Made by a program: the position numbers and the translations under genes
In this document: piece after piece, positions 20,703-24,054 of the stretch
Layout: each line of letters starts with the position of its first letter
Position numbering within the stretch: position 1 is the stretch's first letter
The notes under the pieces: generated by a model
Database searches by the model: none
What the model was told of the DNA's origin: nothing
The model's input: only the letters and a program-made list of their open reading frames with translations
Assembly (NCBI GenBank): GCA_964461775.1
Contig: CAYWVE010000029.1
Coordinates: 1-24,054 of the forward strand
Direction of reading: 5' to 3'
Source: an uncultured Candidatus Saccharibacteria bacterium
GTDB lineage: Bacteria; Patescibacteriota; Kazan-3B-28
Length of the DNA: 24,054 nt

Positions 20703-20971
20703 CTAAAAGTCCTGTCTGGCGTGGCCACTGCTTGAACCCGACCACCTTCCTGTTCCTGGAGGGGGTGCAGTGGACTTGTCCTGACTTTTAGTCAGGATTG
20801 GCTTTGCCAATCCACGGATGAGGGGGAACCGCTGGTTCCCCCTCAAGTTGTTTTTGGCCACTATGAGCCAAGTAAGAGGGTTTAGGATATTGCCTAACAA
20901 TTGGTGAGCGGGGTGGCCCAAGTGTTAGGTATTGGCCACACAATACCTAACTGGCGGGAGCGCTGCGCCAG
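20703..20971. repeat. Array of perfect and interlocking inverted repeats (hairpin array)
   Basis: Perfect stems at 20779-20797 (8 bp), 20795-20813 (8 bp), 20819-20845 (12 bp), 20924-20951 (11 bp), 20951-20971 (6 bp) and 20882-20897 (5 bp). Long-range pairs 20725-20731/20767-20773 and 20703-20711/20783-20791. Confidence 0.9.
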
Positions 20972-20981
20972 AACAACGCAT

Positions 20982-21006
20982 AGAAGAAAAGCGGCCTCTC
21001 GGCCGC
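20982..21006 (-). terminator. Rho-independent terminator of topA
   Basis: GCGGCC-GAGA-GGCCGC followed by TTTTCTTCT. Confidence 0.82.
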
Positions 21007-21013
21007 CTCCCTT

Positions 21014-21042
21014 CACTAGGTCACTAGTTTACTAAAATACTA
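21014..21042. repeat. Four copies of YACTA (minus strand TAGTR) at exact 8-nt period
   Basis: CACTA at 21014, CACTA at 21022, TACTA at 21030 and TACTA at 21038. Confidence 0.75.
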
Positions 21043-21048
21043 TTCCCC

Positions 21049-23250
21049 CTATTCCTTCACCTCGTACCCGCACTTAGTACACACCGGGTATCCTTTTTTG
21101 GCTGGCTTAGTCATAAAGCTACTACAGCTTGGACACTTTTCCTTCACGGGTTCATCCCAGGAGGCAAAATCACACGCCGGATATTTGTTGCAACCCCAAA
21201 ACACCTTGCCTCGCTTGGTTCGCTTCGTCACCAGCTTGCCCTCGGCACATTTTTGGCATGCGATATCCAGCTCTGCTGCTTTATTGGGCTCGATAAACTT
21301 ACATTTAGGATAATTACTGCACCCAAAGAATTCTCCAAACCGCCCGCGCTTTTTGACGATAGGCGAATCACACTCAGGACACTTGCGATCCGTGGTTTGA
21401 TCTTCGATCTTACCGTCGCTCCCCAACTGCCCCGTATACCGACACTCTGGGAAGTTCGAACAAGCCAAAAACTTACCAAACCGACCGGTCTTAATCATCA
21501 GCTTACCTCCGCACAACGGACAAACCTCATCGGTCTCTTCGTCATCCGGCCGCTGCTTTGCTACCTCCTGCTCCTTACTTTCCAAATGTTTAATAAATGG
21601 TCGATAAAAATCCTCGACCACTGGCACCCACTCGGCCTTGCCATCTGCAATGTCATCCAAATTATCTTCCATTTTAGCGGTAAAGTTATAATCAACAATT
21701 TCCGAGAAATGCTCCACCAAAAAATCATTTACCTGCAATCCCAGTGGCTGGGGAAATAGGGTGCGCCGTGTCCGCTCGACATAATTGCGAGTGATCAGAG
21801 TGGTAATAGTAGGAGCATAGGTACTCGGACGCCCGATTCCCATCTGCTCCATCTTTTTTACCAAACCAGCTTCAGTAAAGCGTGCCGGTGGCTCGGTATG
21901 ATGCTGGCTAGGTACTACCTCCAACAAATTCAGCACATCTTCCGGCTGCATCTCGGGCAATTCCGATTCCTGGAACGGCCATTTGGTTAGAATCTTGGCA
22001 AACCCAGCAAAAATTACCTGAGCACCACTAGCTCTACTCAATACCCCATCCGAATCGATTTTGATTTCTTGGGTTGCAATCCGAGCTGGCAACATTTGCG
22101 AAGCCATCAAGCGCTGCCAAATCAACCGATACAACTTGTAATGATCTTCGCTCACCTTACCGCGAATATCTTCCGGATGCAATTCAGGATATGTGGGGCG
22201 AATCGCTTCGTGGGCTTCCTGCGCACCGCGACTTTTGGTTCTATAAAAAATTGGTGCATCGGGCAGATACTCCGCTCCTACATTTTTCTGGATCCAGCCC
22301 CGCGCAGCTGCCACCGCCGAGCCCGCCAGATTAGTAGAGTCGGTTCTCATGTAAGTAATCAACCCCTTGGGTCCTGTACCATCCACCGCCAATCCTTCGT
22401 AGAGCTGCTGAGCCACCATCATGGTCTTTTTGACACTAAAGCCCATCTGAGTACTGGCCGCCTGTTGCAAGGTAGATGTTGTAAATGGGGGAGACGGCCG
22501 TCGCGTCTTTTCCTCCCGAGTCACTTCTACTACTCGATGATCCTTAGCTGCCTCAATCCGCCCCACCAACCCTTCGGCAGTGGCCTGATCGGCAATTTTA
22601 TCCAAACTATTCCATTCCGGCATTACCTCGGCGTGCAGTTCACCGCCACTCTGAGTGCTCAGCTTCACATCGATCCGCCAATACTCCTCTGGCACAAACG
22701 CCAACACCTCTCGCTCCCGCTCGGCCAATAAGCGCAATGCTACAGATTGCACCCGACCAGCCGACAAACCACGCATAATCTTTTTCCACAAAAAAGGGCT
22801 CAGCTTGTACCCCACCAACCGGTCCAACACTCGCCTGGTCTGCTGGGCATCTACCAAATTCATATCCAGCTGGCGCGGGGTTTCAAAAGCCTTAGCAATC
22901 GCCTCTTCGGTAATCTCATGAAAAGCCACCCGATGCAGCTTGGCTGGATCGGGTTTGATCACGCTCACAATATGCCAACCAATCGCCTCGCCTTCGCGAT
23001 CCTCATCAGTTGCTATGTATAGTTGATCACTCTTGGCCGCCAGCTCCTTGAGCTTGGTCACCTGCTTGCGGCTTTTGGTTGGGATCACATACTGAGGCTC
23101 AAATTTATTGTCTACATCTACCCCTAGCTTAGACTTGGGCAGATCTCGTACATGCCCATAAGAGGCTTCTACTACAAAATCTCGACCGAGGATCTTCCCG
23201 ATCGTCCTGGCCTTGGCAGGGGACTCAACAATAACTAAGTTTTTAGCCAT
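21049..23250 (-). CDS. topA: DNA topoisomerase I (type IA) with C-terminal zinc ribbons
   Basis: IVESPAKA, ATDEDREGE (TOPRIM), SAGRVQS, LITYMRTDS (catalytic Tyr), QEAHEAIRPT, GIGRPSTYA, and C-terminal Cys4 repeats. Confidence 0.98.
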   Translation of the reverse strand: MAKNLVIVESPAKARTIGKILGRDFVVEASYGHVRDLPKSKLGVDVDNKFEPQYVIPTKSRKQVTKLKELAAKSDQLYIATDEDREGEAIGWHIVSVIKPDPAKLHRVAFHEITEEAIAKAFETPRQLDMNLVDAQQTRRVLDRLVGYKLSPFLWKKIMRGLSAGRVQSVALRLLAEREREVLAFVPEEYWRIDVKLSTQSGGELHAEVMPEWNSLDKIADQATAEGLVGRIEAAKDHRVVEVTREEKTRRPSPPFTTSTLQQAASTQMGFSVKKTMMVAQQLYEGLAVDGTGPKGLITYMRTDSTNLAGSAVAAARGWIQKNVGAEYLPDAPIFYRTKSRGAQEAHEAIRPTYPELHPEDIRGKVSEDHYKLYRLIWQRLMASQMLPARIATQEIKIDSDGVLSRASGAQVIFAGFAKILTKWPFQESELPEMQPEDVLNLLEVVPSQHHTEPPARFTEAGLVKKMEQMGIGRPSTYAPTITTLITRNYVERTRRTLFPQPLGLQVNDFLVEHFSEIVDYNFTAKMEDNLDDIADGKAEWVPVVEDFYRPFIKHLESKEQEVAKQRPDDEETDEVCPLCGGKLMIKTGRFGKFLACSNFPECRYTGQLGSDGKIEDQTTDRKCPECDSPIVKKRGRFGEFFGCSNYPKCKFIEPNKAAELDIACQKCAEGKLVTKRTKRGKVFWGCNKYPACDFASWDEPVKEKCPSCSSFMTKPAKKGYPVCTKCGYEVKE

Positions 23251-23256
23251 AAAAGC

Positions 23257-24054
23257 TTATTTGAGCGCGAAGACTCCAGGCGCTACGCTTACGATCACGC
23301 CCTTCAGCTCCAACATAGTCAAAATACCCGAAGTCTTTGCAATGTCAAATTTTGCCTTCTGAGATAGGGGACTCACCTCCCCTATCCCCTCACCTAAAAT
23401 TCCACAAATTACTCGCTCGTCTTCAGTCAGCTCCACTCGATCCAACGGCAGGCCGGGAACTGGCTCTACCAGGTCATCCAAGCCGAGTACCGGACGAGCC
23501 CCTTCGGCAATCAGCCTATTTGGCCCCGCCGACATAATATTAAATATCGAACCCGGTACCGCCAAAACCTCACGATTATACTGCAATCCCAAGCTGGCTG
23601 TGATCAAGCTGCCCGACTTCTCCCCCGCCTCTACCACCAATACCTTGGCCGACAATCCCGCAATAATCCGATTGCGCATGGGGAAGGTGTGCCGTTGCGC
23701 TTGAGTACCCGGTGGATACTCCGATACCAACAAACCGCCTTTGGCCAAAATCTGACCCGCCAATCCCCGATTGCCAACCGGGTACACACTGGCCTCATCT
23801 ACCCCAGAGCCCAAGACAGCAATGGTAAGTCCATCTACCTTGATAGCTGCCAAATGGGCAGCCGCATCGATCCCATACGCCAAACCACTGACAATCACAG
23901 CATAGCGAGCCGCCTCACCCACCACCTTGCTTACCACTGCCAAACCATAACTAGTCGGTCGCCGACTCCCCACTACCGCAATCCCCATTGGGGCTGCCAG
24001 CAATTCCAAGTTTCCGCGAACATACAATATTTGAGGCGGATCAGCGATCTCGCG
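23257..24054 (-). CDS. dprA: DNA-processing protein DprA (5' end outside window)
   Basis: The frame stays open to the window end (REIADPPQILYVRGN). Contains AVVGSRRPTSYG, VSGLAYGIDAAAH, FPMRNRIIAGLS, EAGEKSGSLIT, VPGSI and a C-terminal winged helix. Sits in the usual dprA-topA order. Confidence 0.96.
   Translation of the reverse strand, partial: REIADPPQILYVRGNLELLAAPMGIAVVGSRRPTSYGLAVVSKVVGEAARYAVIVSGLAYGIDAAAHLAAIKVDGLTIAVLGSGVDEASVYPVGNRGLAGQILAKGGLLVSEYPPGTQAQRHTFPMRNRIIAGLSAKVLVVEAGEKSGSLITASLGLQYNREVLAVPGSIFNIMSAGPNRLIAEGARPVLGLDDLVEPVPGLPLDRVELTEDERVICGILGEGIGEVSPLSQKAKFDIAKTSGILTMLELKGVIVSVAPGVFALK

Noticed and set aside
20703-20921. 72-aa minus-strand ORF and 184-aa plus-strand ORF (20237..20791) over the hairpin array
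   Set aside because: TTG or shadow starts, no SD, no recognisable motifs. The second is antisense to the DUF6915-like gene.
20703-20971. CRISPR array, RNase P or tRNA/tmRNA interpretation of the hairpin array
   Set aside because: The hairpins differ in sequence, so there are no repeat-spacer units and no cas genes. AAGUCC/GGACUU is too closely spaced for RNase P P4. GGGTTCAAG (20739-20731) has no T-stem or acceptor stem.

Overview
A compact, almost entirely minus-strand chromosomal segment, most likely from a Patescibacteria/CPR bacterium. This is inferred from CPR-typical families (VirB2-like pilin, stand-alone VirD4/TraD-like ATPase, sigma-region-4 + HARE-HTH protein). It uses code 11, since gatA ends in TGA overlapping the next ATG. 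Housekeeping genes are gatB (partial), gatA, gatC, dgkA, an alpha/beta hydrolase, ligA, a divergent pgk, uvrC, uvrA, topA and dprA (partial). Accessory content is a HEPN-motif membrane protein wedged between gatA and gatB, a two-gene plus-strand islet of unrecognised membrane proteins, and a DUF6915-like gene. Sigma70 promoters and intrinsic terminators are unusually legible, so transcription units can be mapped by eye. Two non-coding regions stand out. (1) A ~375-nt unit between uvrA and uvrC has its own promoter and terminator and about seven levels of nested long-range base pairing. I cannot match it to tmRNA, RNase P, SRP or 6S RNA, so it is a candidate novel large ncRNA. (2) A ~270-bp array of perfect, interlocking hairpins lies between topA and the DUF6915-like gene. 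All family assignments come from motif recognition, not database searches, and all pairings were traced by hand.
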